From: Candidatus Aminicenantes bacterium
GTDB lineage: Bacteria > Acidobacteriota > Aminicenantia > Aminicenantales > UBA4085
Length of the DNA: 64,000 nt
Direction of reading: 5' to 3'
Assembly (NCBI GenBank): GCA_963848835.1
Contig: CAWKFB010000007.1
Coordinates: 6,366 to 70,365 of the forward strand
Shown here: positions 40,286 to 49,731 of the stretch, one piece after another
Layout: every line of letters starts with the position of its first letter
Numbering within the stretch: the first letter of the stretch is position 1
The notes under the pieces: model-generated
Databases searched by the model: none
Told to the model about the DNA's origin: nothing
What the model saw: the letters and a program-made list of their open reading frames with translations, nothing else
Translations under genes and position numbers: made by a program

Positions 40286-40993
40286 ATGAGCGAAGAGAAA
40301 TACCTGACGGTCGGGGCGCTCGAGCGCGTCCCGGGCCTCGTCCACGGCTTCGGCACTCGGTCGCTCGACCTTCCCTCGCTGCGGCGGCTCGCCGCCGCGG
40401 CCCGCTGTCGGATCGTCATGCTCTCCCAGGTCCACTCCGCCGACGTCGTTATCGCCGGTCATGCCCCTCGGCCGCGCGCGCCCCGCCCCAAGGGCGACGC
40501 CCTGATCACGGATCGGCCGGGACTTCTCCTTGTCATCAAGACCGCGGATTGCCTTCCCGTCCTTCTCGTCGATCCGGAGAAACGCCTCGCCGCGGCCGTT
40601 CACGCCGGATGGCGCGGCACGCGCTTGCGGATCCTGGAGAGGACCGTCGCCGCGCTTATTTCCCGCTACGGCAGCCGTCCTTCCGACCTCCTTTCCGCCT
40701 TCGGCCCATGCATCGGCGCGGCGTGCTACGAGGTCGGGGAGGACGTCCGCCGGGAGTTCGTCTCCGCCGGCCTGTCGCGACGCGATTTCCGCAGCTCGCC
40801 GGCCCGGCCCGGCGCGTTCCTCTTAGACCTGGCCGGGGCGAACCGGCGGCAGCTCGTTTCCCGCGGCCTCTCGCCGCGCCGGGTCTTTGCCGCCGACTCC
40901 TGCACGCACTGCGACCCGCGCCTCCTCTCCTTCCGGCGCGACCGAGACGCTCACGCCCGCCTCTACAATTTCATCGGCTTCCGCCCCGATTGA
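40286..40993 (+). CDS. pgeF: YfiH/PgeF-family (DUF152) purine nucleoside phosphorylase / peptidoglycan editing factor
   Basis: MSEEKYLTVGALERVPGLVHGFGTR..MLSQVHSADVV..TADCLPVLL..HAGWRGT..CIGAACYEVG..CTHCD. Confidence 0.75.
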   Translation: MSEEKYLTVGALERVPGLVHGFGTRSLDLPSLRRLAAAARCRIVMLSQVHSADVVIAGHAPRPRAPRPKGDALITDRPGLLLVIKTADCLPVLLVDPEKRLAAAVHAGWRGTRLRILERTVAALISRYGSRPSDLLSAFGPCIGAACYEVGEDVRREFVSAGLSRRDFRSSPARPGAFLLDLAGANRRQLVSRGLSPRRVFAADSCTHCDPRLLSFRRDRDAHARLYNFIGFRPD

Positions 40994-41099
40994 CGCCAGT
41001 CCAGCAGGCGGTCCGTCCACAGCTACTCCCCGAAATTTCAAGATTGCCCTTGCGCAAAGGGGATCTTCGAAATTCGCCGATGGCAAACGGAAGCTTGCC

Positions 41100-41265
41100 G
41101 AAACGCCGGCCCCGGGGCGCGAGGGGGAAGGATTCGAACCACGAAATTCTGAAAAACTCTCCTAGCGGAGGGATTGCCCATGCGCGAACCTCAATCAAAC
41201 GGGGCGCGAGGGGATAGGGTTCCCGGGAGCCCCGCTCATGTGAGCGTGGGGCAATCCCGGAGCGT
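41100..41265. repeat. two adjacent copies (one partial, one full) of the intergenic repeat family
   Basis: Full copy at 41166-41262: GGAGGGATTGCCC ATGCGCGAAC .. GGGGCGCGAGGGG ATAGGGTTCCC GGGAGCCCCGCTC ATGTGAGCG TGGGGCAATCCCGGAGC. Terminal GGGATTGCCC/GGGCAATCCC inverted ends. Confidence 0.5.
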
Positions 41266-41338
41266 CGACTTTTAGGCCGAATTTCGGTATGATGGACCCT
41301 GCTCGCGAATTCCCAGGAACCCTAGATCACGGTGCAAC

Positions 41339-42229
41339 ATGGAAAAAGCTTATGCGGACGTCGTTCTGCCCGGATTCACTCTTTTCAAGAAGGGCAAGGT
41401 TCGGAACGTCTATGAGGTCGGCGAAAAGCTCCTGATCATCGCCACGGACCGCATCTCGGCCTTCGACTACGTCCTGCCCTCGCTCATCCCGTTCAAGGGC
41501 AAGGTCCTCACCCAGCTCTCGCGGTTCTGGTTCGACTTCACCCAGCTCGTTTGCCCCAACCACGTGATCACGGCCGACGTCGACAAGTTCCCGGCTTCCT
41601 TAGCGCCCCATCGCGAGATCCTCGACAAGCGCTCGATGCTGGTGAAGAAGACGCAGGTCATCCCCATCGAGTGCGTCGTCCGCGGCTATCTTTCCGGGTC
41701 CGGCTGGAAGGAATACAAAGCCTCCGGCAAGGTCTGCGGACTCCGCCTCCCCGAGCGGCTCAAGGAATCCGACCAGCTCCCCGAGCCGATCTTCACCCCG
41801 TCGACCAAGGCCGAGCAGGGCCACGACGAGAACATCACCTTCAAGGAGATGCAGAAGCGGATCGGCGCCCGCCTGGCGACGCGGATCAAGAAGGCGAGCA
41901 TCGCCCTCTACCAGAAGGCCTCCCTTCACGCCCTGTCCAAGGGCATCATCATCGCCGACACGAAGTTCGAGTTCGGCCTCGAGGGGGACGACCTCATCCT
42001 CGTCGACGAGATCTTCACCCCGGATTCCTCCCGCTTCTGGCCCCTGGCCACCTACGCCCCCGGCCACGGCCAGCCCAGCCTCGACAAGCAGTTCGTCCGC
42101 GATTATCTCGAGAGCACGAAGTGGGACAAGCAATCCGATCCGCCGGCCCTTCCGCCCGAGATCATCGAGAAGACGTCCCAAAAATATCTAGAGATCTACC
42201 GGCTCCTCTCGGGCAAGAACGACCTCTGA
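41339..42229 (+). CDS. purC: phosphoribosylaminoimidazole-succinocarboxamide (SAICAR) synthase
   Basis: 296 aa: KGKVRNVYEVGEKLLIIATDRISAFD..GLRLPERL..IADTKFEFGL.. Confidence 0.9.
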   Translation: MEKAYADVVLPGFTLFKKGKVRNVYEVGEKLLIIATDRISAFDYVLPSLIPFKGKVLTQLSRFWFDFTQLVCPNHVITADVDKFPASLAPHREILDKRSMLVKKTQVIPIECVVRGYLSGSGWKEYKASGKVCGLRLPERLKESDQLPEPIFTPSTKAEQGHDENITFKEMQKRIGARLATRIKKASIALYQKASLHALSKGIIIADTKFEFGLEGDDLILVDEIFTPDSSRFWPLATYAPGHGQPSLDKQFVRDYLESTKWDKQSDPPALPPEIIEKTSQKYLEIYRLLSGKNDL

Positions 42230-42239
42230 GGCCCGTCCG

Positions 42240-43122
42240 ATGAGCGGTTTCGTCGACCTCCATATCCATTCGGACCATTCGAGCGATGGGGAGTTCTCCC
42301 CGGCCGCGCTCATCGGATTCGCCAAGGAAAAAGGGTTCGCCGCCATCTCGATCGCCGACCACGACACGACCTCGGCCTATCCCGGGGCGATCGCGGCGGC
42401 AGCCGGCTCCGGGGTCGAGGTCGTCCCGAGCATGGAGGTCACCACCCTTTTCGAGGGCCGCGAGTTCCATGTCCTTCTGCCGTTCCTGGACTGGACGAGC
42501 GGGACCGTCGAAGCGATCTCCGAGCGGGTCACGCGGGGGCGGTTCGAAGAGGCCCGGGAGCGCGTCGACAATGCTCCGGCGGCTCGGCCTCGACATCACC
42601 TGGGAAGAGGTCGAGGCCGGCTCGCGCGGAATGGCCCCGCTCGGGGTCACGATCGCCCGGATCCTCCTCGACAAGCCCGGCGCGCGGGACGACGTCCGGC
42701 TGGCGGAATACTATACCCCCGAGAAAGAGCCGCGCGCTCCGTCGTACTTCTACCAGAATTATTTCATGGAGGGCCGCCCGGCCTTCGTGACCAAGCGGCA
42801 TATCGGGCTCCTGGAAGTGCTGGAGATGGCCCCGGCGGCCGGGGCCGTCCCCGTCCTCAGTCATCCCGGCGCTTATTTCCAGAACACGACCCGCGAGGAC
42901 CTCGTCAAGCTCAAGGGCCGCGGCCTCGCCGGTGTCGAAGTTTACACGTCCTACCACACGCCGGAACAGACGGCGGCCTTCGCCGGGATCGCCCGCGACC
43001 TCGACCTCGTTCCCACGGCCGGGTCCGACTTCCACGGCCGGGTCAAGCCGCACGTCGCCTTCGGCTCGATCCGGGACGGCGGCCTCGAAGTTGTCGAAGC
43101 GCTGCGGAAAAGGAGGCCCTGA
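42240..43122 (+). CDS. PHP-domain phosphoesterase (TrpH/YciV RNase AM-like), frameshift near 42570
   Basis: VDLHIHSDHSSDGEFSPAALIGFAKEKGFAAISIADHDT..; C-terminal part in ORF 42286.. (VLSHPGAY..GVEVYTSYH..AGSDFHG). Confidence 0.65.
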
Positions 43123-43123
43123 C

Positions 43124-43657
43124 ATGGTCGGATGGCTCGATATCGTCCTGGCCGTCATCATGCTCGGGACCCTCATCTCCGGGCTGGTCAAGGGTCTGAT
43201 CAAGGAGGCCGTGGGCGTCGCCGCCGCCCTGGCCGGCTTCATCCTCGCCGCCCGGTGGTACAAGCCCGTCGCGGTCTGGTTGGAAAAGACCTTCGTCAAC
43301 CCTGCCGTTTCCAAGTTCCTGGGATTCATCCTCGTCCTGGTCGCGGTGGTCGGCGTCGGGCTTCTCATTGCCGCGATCCTGTCCAGGATCATGATCGGTC
43401 CGCTCAAGCTGGCCAATCACCTTCTCGGCGGGGTCTTCGGCCTGATCGAGGGCATGCTCATCTGCGGGGCGCTCGTCTTCGCCCTCACGGTCTTTCCGAT
43501 CAACAAGGCTTCGCTCGCCGCGTCCCGGCTGGCCCCATACTGCTTCGGATTGACTAAAACCATGGTCGGGCTCATCCCCCAGGAGCTGAAGGACCAGTTC
43601 AAGTCGGCCTATCGGGAAATCGTCAAAAGCGAGAGCGTCGATGGAAAGAAAATTTGA
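43124..43657 (+). CDS. cvpA: CvpA family (colicin V production) membrane protein
   Basis: MVGWLDIVLAVIMLGTLISGLVKGLIKEAVGVAAALAGFILAARWY.., 4 TM. Confidence 0.75.
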   Translation: MVGWLDIVLAVIMLGTLISGLVKGLIKEAVGVAAALAGFILAARWYKPVAVWLEKTFVNPAVSKFLGFILVLVAVVGVGLLIAAILSRIMIGPLKLANHLLGGVFGLIEGMLICGALVFALTVFPINKASLAASRLAPYCFGLTKTMVGLIPQELKDQFKSAYREIVKSESVDGKKI

Positions 43658-43883
43658 CCAGCTCAACATCCACCAGAAAATGGAGATCCTCATTTCCGAC
43701 CTCGTCGATAAAGAGGTCCGCTTCCGCGACGCCCTGCGCGAGTTCCAGAAGATCTACCTCGAGTCCGCGGCCCGCAAGTACGAGGGGAACAAGTCCGCCA
43801 TGGCCAAGGCCCTGGGCATCCACCGCAATACGCTCCACAACCGGGCGAAGATCCTAAAAGTGAAGAAGATATCTGGCAGTTGA
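43641..43883 (+). CDS. Fis-family helix-turn-helix DNA-binding protein
   Basis: 80 aa; C-terminal NKSAMAKALGIHRNTLHNRAKIL matches the Fis/NtrC HTH. The start overlaps the cvpA 3' end. Confidence 0.6.
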   Translation: MERKFDQLNIHQKMEILISDLVDKEVRFRDALREFQKIYLESAARKYEGNKSAMAKALGIHRNTLHNRAKILKVKKISGS

Positions 43884-43917
43884 CCCTCACGACTGCTAAT
43901 TTTTCTCCTTTTCCCCC

Positions 43918-43971
43918 TTGACAACCGTCCTTGAAGGCGTTATATTAGCACTGCGTTTTCGCGACTGCTAA
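43918..43971 (+). promoter_or_regulatory. sigma-70 promoter (TTGACA -17- TATATT) with CIRCE-like HrcA operator for groESL
   Basis: TTGACA 43918-43923, 17 nt spacer, TATATT 43941-43946. The inverted repeat TTAGCACTG-N9-CGACTGCTAA (43945-43971) is one position off the CIRCE consensus TTAGCACTC-N9-GAGTGCTAA. An extra GACTGCTAA half-site lies at 43890. Confidence 0.7.
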
Positions 43972-44002
43972 ATTCAATTTACAAATCTAAGAGGAGGTTT
44001 TT

Positions 44003-44290
44003 ATGAAGATCACCCCGTTATACGATCGTGTTCTTCTGAAACGGATCGAGGAAACGGAAGTCCGGCGCAGCGGGATCATCATTCCCGACACCGCCAAGGA
44101 AAAGCCCCAGGAGGCCGAGGTCATCGCCGTCGGCAAGGGCAAGCTCGACGAGGGCGGAAAGATCATCCCCCTCGAGGTCAAGAAGGGCGACCGGGTCCTG
44201 ATCGGCAAGTACAGCGGGACCGAGGTCACGATCGACGGCGAAGAGCACATCATTCTGCGCGAAGAAGAGATCCTGGCCAAGCTCGGCTGA
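44003..44290 (+). CDS. groES: co-chaperonin GroES
   Basis: RBS GAGGAGG; [41 protein letters not shown]. Confidence 0.95.
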   Translation: MKITPLYDRVLLKRIEETEVRRSGIIIPDTAKEKPQEAEVIAVGKGKLDEGGKIIPLEVKKGDRVLIGKYSGTEVTIDGEEHIILREEEILAKLG

Positions 44291-44308
44291 TCCGCGCGCG
44301 CCATTTAA

Positions 44309-45940
<1,632 letters not shown>

Positions 45941-45965
45941 GCTTCCCTTCCAAAAACGTTTTTTC

Positions 45966-46004
45966 CAGGGGGGACGGTCCTTGAACCGTCCCCCCTTTTT
46001 TTGT
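45966..46004 (+). terminator. rho-independent terminator after groEL
   Basis: GGGGGGACGGTCCTTGAACCGTCCCCCC followed by TTTTTTTGTTG. Confidence 0.85.
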
Positions 46005-46066
46005 TGTCCCCCTAGCAAGCCTGAAAAGCCTTTTTCTTATCCATTTTTTTGGTATATTGGAGGACG

Positions 46067-48448
46067 ATGCTCAAGTATTTCGACCGCTACGTCCTGCGCG
46101 AGGTCGCGCCTCCCTTCGCGGTCGGGCTGACCATCTACACGTTCGTCCTCCTGATGAACGAGCTCCTTCGGGCGCCCGAGCTCTTCATCGCCAAAGGCGT
46201 CCCCCTCGGGACGACCCTCCTGCTGCTCGTCTACCTCCTCCCGGCCGTCCTGTCCTTCACCCTGCCCATGTCGGTCCTGATGGGCTTCCTGGCCGGGCTG
46301 GGCCGCCTCTCCTCGGACTCCGAGATCACCGCCTTCCGGACGCTCGGGATCAGCCCGGCCCGGATGCTCCGCCCGTTGGCCGTCTTCGCCCTGGGCGGCT
46401 GGCTCCTGACCTCGTTCCTGACCATGGTCATCGCCCCCCGGTTCAACTATCGCTGGTCGCAGACCTTCGCCAAGGCCGTCATCAACCGGGTCGACCTCCA
46501 GTTCAACCCGCGGGAATTCAACGAAAGCCTGGCGGGGATGACCCTCTATATCGAGAACGTCCGGCGTGACGGGAGCTGGGGCGACGTCTTTCTCCTCTAC
46601 AACGACCCGCCCGAGGAGCCGCGCGTCATCCTGGCCCGGGAAGGTGGCCTCCGCGTCTTCCCCGACGTCAAGCGGGCCGTCCTGGAGCTCCGGGACGTCC
46701 TTCAGCTTTCGACGGCCCTGGCCGATCCGGAGAGCTCGCGGGTCTGGACTTCGAGCCGGCTCGAAGAGGAGATCAACGCCGAAGGTCTCTTCGCCACGTT
46801 CACGAGCGAGAAGCGGATCGCCGAAAAGAGCCTCGGCGAGCTCCGGGCGGGCCTGGCCGCCGCCCGCGACCGGGTCCCCGTCCTGGAGAGGGATGCCCGG
46901 GACGTCGCCCGGAGGAACATCCGGGCCGACGACTGGCAGCGGGGCGAGAGCCGGACGGCTCTCATCGACATCAACCAGGACATCCGCTCCCATCGCGTCG
47001 AGATCCAGAAGAAGTACGCCCTGCCCTTCGTCTGCTGGATCTTCGTCCTGCTGAGCCTGCCGCTCGGAGCGTCGACCCGGAAGGGCGGCCGGACGAGCGG
47101 CTTCACCCTCAGCATCCTGATCATCCTGATCTATTGGACGGCCTTCACGGCCGGGGTCAACCTCTCCCTCAACGGACGGGTTTCGCCTTTCCTGGGCATC
47201 TGGGGCGGAAACATCCTTCTCGGCGCCGTGAGCCTCCTCCTCTTCGCGGCCATGGCCAGGGAAAGAGCGATCTTCGGTTCGTTTTTCCGCGGCCGGGTCT
47301 TTCTCGCCCAGCAAAAGGCCCGGGCCGGCCGGGGCGTCCGCAGGCTCAGGCTTTCGATCGCCTTCCCCAACATCCTCGACCGCTATCTCATCCGGCGCTA
47401 TACCTTCATTGCCCTCCTCATCTTCGCCAGCCTCGTCGGCATCTCGATCATCGTCACGATCTTCGACCAGATCGACAACATGTACCGGCACCACAAGGCG
47501 CTCTCGCTCCTCCTCGCCTTCGTCTGGGCCCGCATCCCGGAGTTCATCCATTTCAGCCTGCCGGTGACGGCGCTCATGGCCGCCGTCCTGACCCTCGGCC
47601 TGTTCACGAAGACCAACGAGATCACGGCCATGAAGGCCTGCGGCATCAGCGTCTACCGGGCCATCCTTCCTCTCGTCTTCTGTTCGCTCGTCCTGGGCGG
47701 GCTGGCGTTCTATATGCAGGAGAACATCCTGCCGCGGGCCAATCTCCGGGCCGCGGAGCTCCGCAACCGCTTGAACGACGCCCCGGTCCAAAGCTATACG
47801 TACGAAACCCGGAGGTGGGTCTCGAACAAGGCGGGGGACCGGTTCTACAACTACAGCTATTTCGATCCCAAGACATCGACGTTCAATCACCTCTCGATCT
47901 TCGACCTCGACCTGGGCCGGTGGACGATGAACCGGCGGGTGTTCGCCCGGAAGGGCGTGCTCGCGGGGGATACGCTGCGGCTCGAGGACGGCTGGGTCGA
48001 GGAATTTACAGGGGGGGTCCGCGAGCGATATAAAGCGGCCAAGGCGTTCGATCTCAAGCTCCAGCCCGGCGAAGAGATCTTCCTCCGCGAGGAGAAGGAC
48101 ACCGCCCAGCTGACCTATCGGGAGCTCGGCCGCCAGATCAAGGACGTGGCCGGGATGGGCTTCGAGACCGTCCGCCTCCGCGTAGACCTGATGTCGAAAG
48201 TATCCTTCCCCTTCGTCGCCCTGATCATGACCCTGGTCGGGGTCCCCTTCGCCTTCTCGATGGGAAGGAAGGGGGCCCTGGTAGGGATCGGCGTGGGCCT
48301 GGGCATCGCCGTCGTCTACTGGGTCGCGATCGGGGTCTTCCGCAGCCTGGGGTATGTGGGTTTCCTCGGCCCGTTCCTCGCCGCCTGGGGGCCGAACCTC
48401 GTCTTCGGCCTCGCCGGGCTGACTTTCCTCTCCCGCCTCCGGACTTAA
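46067..48448 (+). CDS. lptFG: fused LptF/LptG-type LPS export permease (two YjgP/YjgQ domains in one polypeptide)
   Basis: N-terminal MLKYFDRYVLREVAPPFAVGLTIYTFVLLMN.. and a second YjgP/YjgQ domain starting ILDRYLIRRYTFIALLIFASLVG..; 794 aa with about 12 TM helices and two periplasmic domains; -10 GGTATATT upstream. Confidence 0.8.
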   Translation: MLKYFDRYVLREVAPPFAVGLTIYTFVLLMNELLRAPELFIAKGVPLGTTLLLLVYLLPAVLSFTLPMSVLMGFLAGLGRLSSDSEITAFRTLGISPARMLRPLAVFALGGWLLTSFLTMVIAPRFNYRWSQTFAKAVINRVDLQFNPREFNESLAGMTLYIENVRRDGSWGDVFLLYNDPPEEPRVILAREGGLRVFPDVKRAVLELRDVLQLSTALADPESSRVWTSSRLEEEINAEGLFATFTSEKRIAEKSLGELRAGLAAARDRVPVLERDARDVARRNIRADDWQRGESRTALIDINQDIRSHRVEIQKKYALPFVCWIFVLLSLPLGASTRKGGRTSGFTLSILIILIYWTAFTAGVNLSLNGRVSPFLGIWGGNILLGAVSLLLFAAMARERAIFGSFFRGRVFLAQQKARAGRGVRRLRLSIAFPNILDRYLIRRYTFIALLIFASLVGISIIVTIFDQIDNMYRHHKALSLLLAFVWARIPEFIHFSLPVTALMAAVLTLGLFTKTNEITAMKACGISVYRAILPLVFCSLVLGGLAFYMQENILPRANLRAAELRNRLNDAPVQSYTYETRRWVSNKAGDRFYNYSYFDPKTSTFNHLSIFDLDLGRWTMNRRVFARKGVLAGDTLRLEDGWVEEFTGGVRERYKAAKAFDLKLQPGEEIFLREEKDTAQLTYRELGRQIKDVAGMGFETVRLRVDLMSKVSFPFVALIMTLVGVPFAFSMGRKGALVGIGVGLGIAVVYWVAIGVFRSLGYVGFLGPFLAAWGPNLVFGLAGLTFLSRLRT

Positions 48449-48449
48449 A

Positions 48450-48884
48450 ACGGGGCTCCGGGGTCGCCCAACGGCTCACGAAGGATGTTCGCCAGGGAAC
48501 CCCCTCGCGCCCAAGCAGGAAGTATCCGCGCAAGTCTGCGATAGCGACGGGACCCGGCTGCGGCCGCTGATGGTTCGCTGCGTCACCTGGCGAGTCGACT
48601 CCGCTCCCGTCCGCCAGTCCGAGCAGCCGTTTTGCGGAATTGGCTCCCGTTGGGGTGATCAGGCCGTCGGAGCAGGGTGAGGCAGATTCTCAGACTAATT
48701 CGAAAAACCGAGGAGGCGGCAAGTTCGAAATATGGTAGGGCGAGGGGAGTTCCCTTCGGAAGCCAGCGCAGCGGAGCGGGCATGGTTCCTCGCCCAAAGG
48801 GAGAGGAGAGCGGAGCGAGCACGAGGAGCGAATTTCCACGCTGGAGGAAATTCGCGTCTTCCGAAGGGAATTCCCCGCAGCCCG
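48450..48884. repeat. repeat-dense non-coding island (intergenic repeat family, inverted copy at 48452-48525; second copy at about 48741-48800)
   Basis: Reverse complement of 48452-48525 reads GGGGCGCGAGGGGGTTCCCTGGCGAACATCCTTCGTGAGCCGTTGGGCGACCCC; hairpin CGAATTTCCACGCTGGAGGAAATTCG at 48841-48866. Confidence 0.45.
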
Positions 48885-49370
48885 TTACATTTTATATTTG
48901 CCGAATTCCTCGGGGGAGAGGGCCTCGAACCACTTGCGGAGGTTCTCCGAGCTCTCCAGGCTGTCCTCGAGCTTCATGCCGTGGGCCTTGTGGACGACTT
49001 CCTCTTCGACAAAGATGGGGGAGGCCATCCGTAAAGCCAGGGCGATGGCGTCGGAGGGGCGGGAATCGATGACGACCTCGCGGTCCAGATGGCGGCAATG
49101 GATGGCGGCGTAGAATGTATTGTTGCGGACGTCGGTGACGACGATGCGGTCCACGGCGATATCGAGGCCGTTGAAGACGTTGCGGAGGAGGTCGTGCGTC
49201 ATCGGCCGGGGCGTCGTGACCCGCTCGATGGTCAGGGCGATGGCGTTGGCCTCGTAGGTCCCGATCCAGATGGGAAGGATCCGTCCCCCGGCCGCGTCCT
49301 CGAGGAGGACGATGGGCATCTTCGAGATCGGGTCGACGACTAGGCCCTTGAGTTTCATCTCGATTTCCAT
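48885..49370 (-). CDS. bifunctional nuclease (BFN/DUF151) family protein
   Basis: MEIEMKLKGLVVDPISKMPIVLLEDAAGGRILPIWIGTYEANAIAL..RPMTHDLL.. matches DUF151. Confidence 0.7.
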   Translation of the reverse strand: MEIEMKLKGLVVDPISKMPIVLLEDAAGGRILPIWIGTYEANAIALTIERVTTPRPMTHDLLRNVFNGLDIAVDRIVVTDVRNNTFYAAIHCRHLDREVVIDSRPSDAIALALRMASPIFVEEEVVHKAHGMKLEDSLESSENLRKWFEALSPEEFGKYKM

Positions 49371-49731
49371 CGGGAGCGCTCCTTCCTGATGATCCAATAT
49401 AGGGCGGCAACGGCTTCTTGTCAATTTAATGAATAAAGCACAAGAATCCAAAAATATGGATGAAATTCAAATAAATGGATAGTAAAGGGGCGATTTGCTT
49501 TTGTAACTAATTGAAAACAAACACAATTATCCATTTATTCGGCCCCCTGGGGGTTGGCATGTTTTTTGCGATAAAAGGGGTGATATCCAAAGGCAATTAT
49601 TATGTTTTATCCGATCATACAAGGAGGTGAGAATAGAAGGAATTTCGTCCAAGGACGAAGGTCCGGGACGGAGGCCGCAAAGGATTCCGTTCCGGGGGGT
49701 TTTGAATTGGAGAAAAGGAGAGTTCAATCGA

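Noticed and set aside
41100-41160. Possible tRNA/tmRNA-like 3' end (GGTTCGAATCC on the minus strand)
   Set aside because: The flanking sequence cannot form a T-stem or acceptor stem. The motif is part of the intergenic repeat (GGGGGAAGGATTCGAACC).
46037-47890. 617 aa minus-strand ORF
   Set aside because: Antisense to the lptFG permease gene. Arg/Glu/Asp/Gly-rich, no TM or domain signal. The sense-strand protein is unambiguous.
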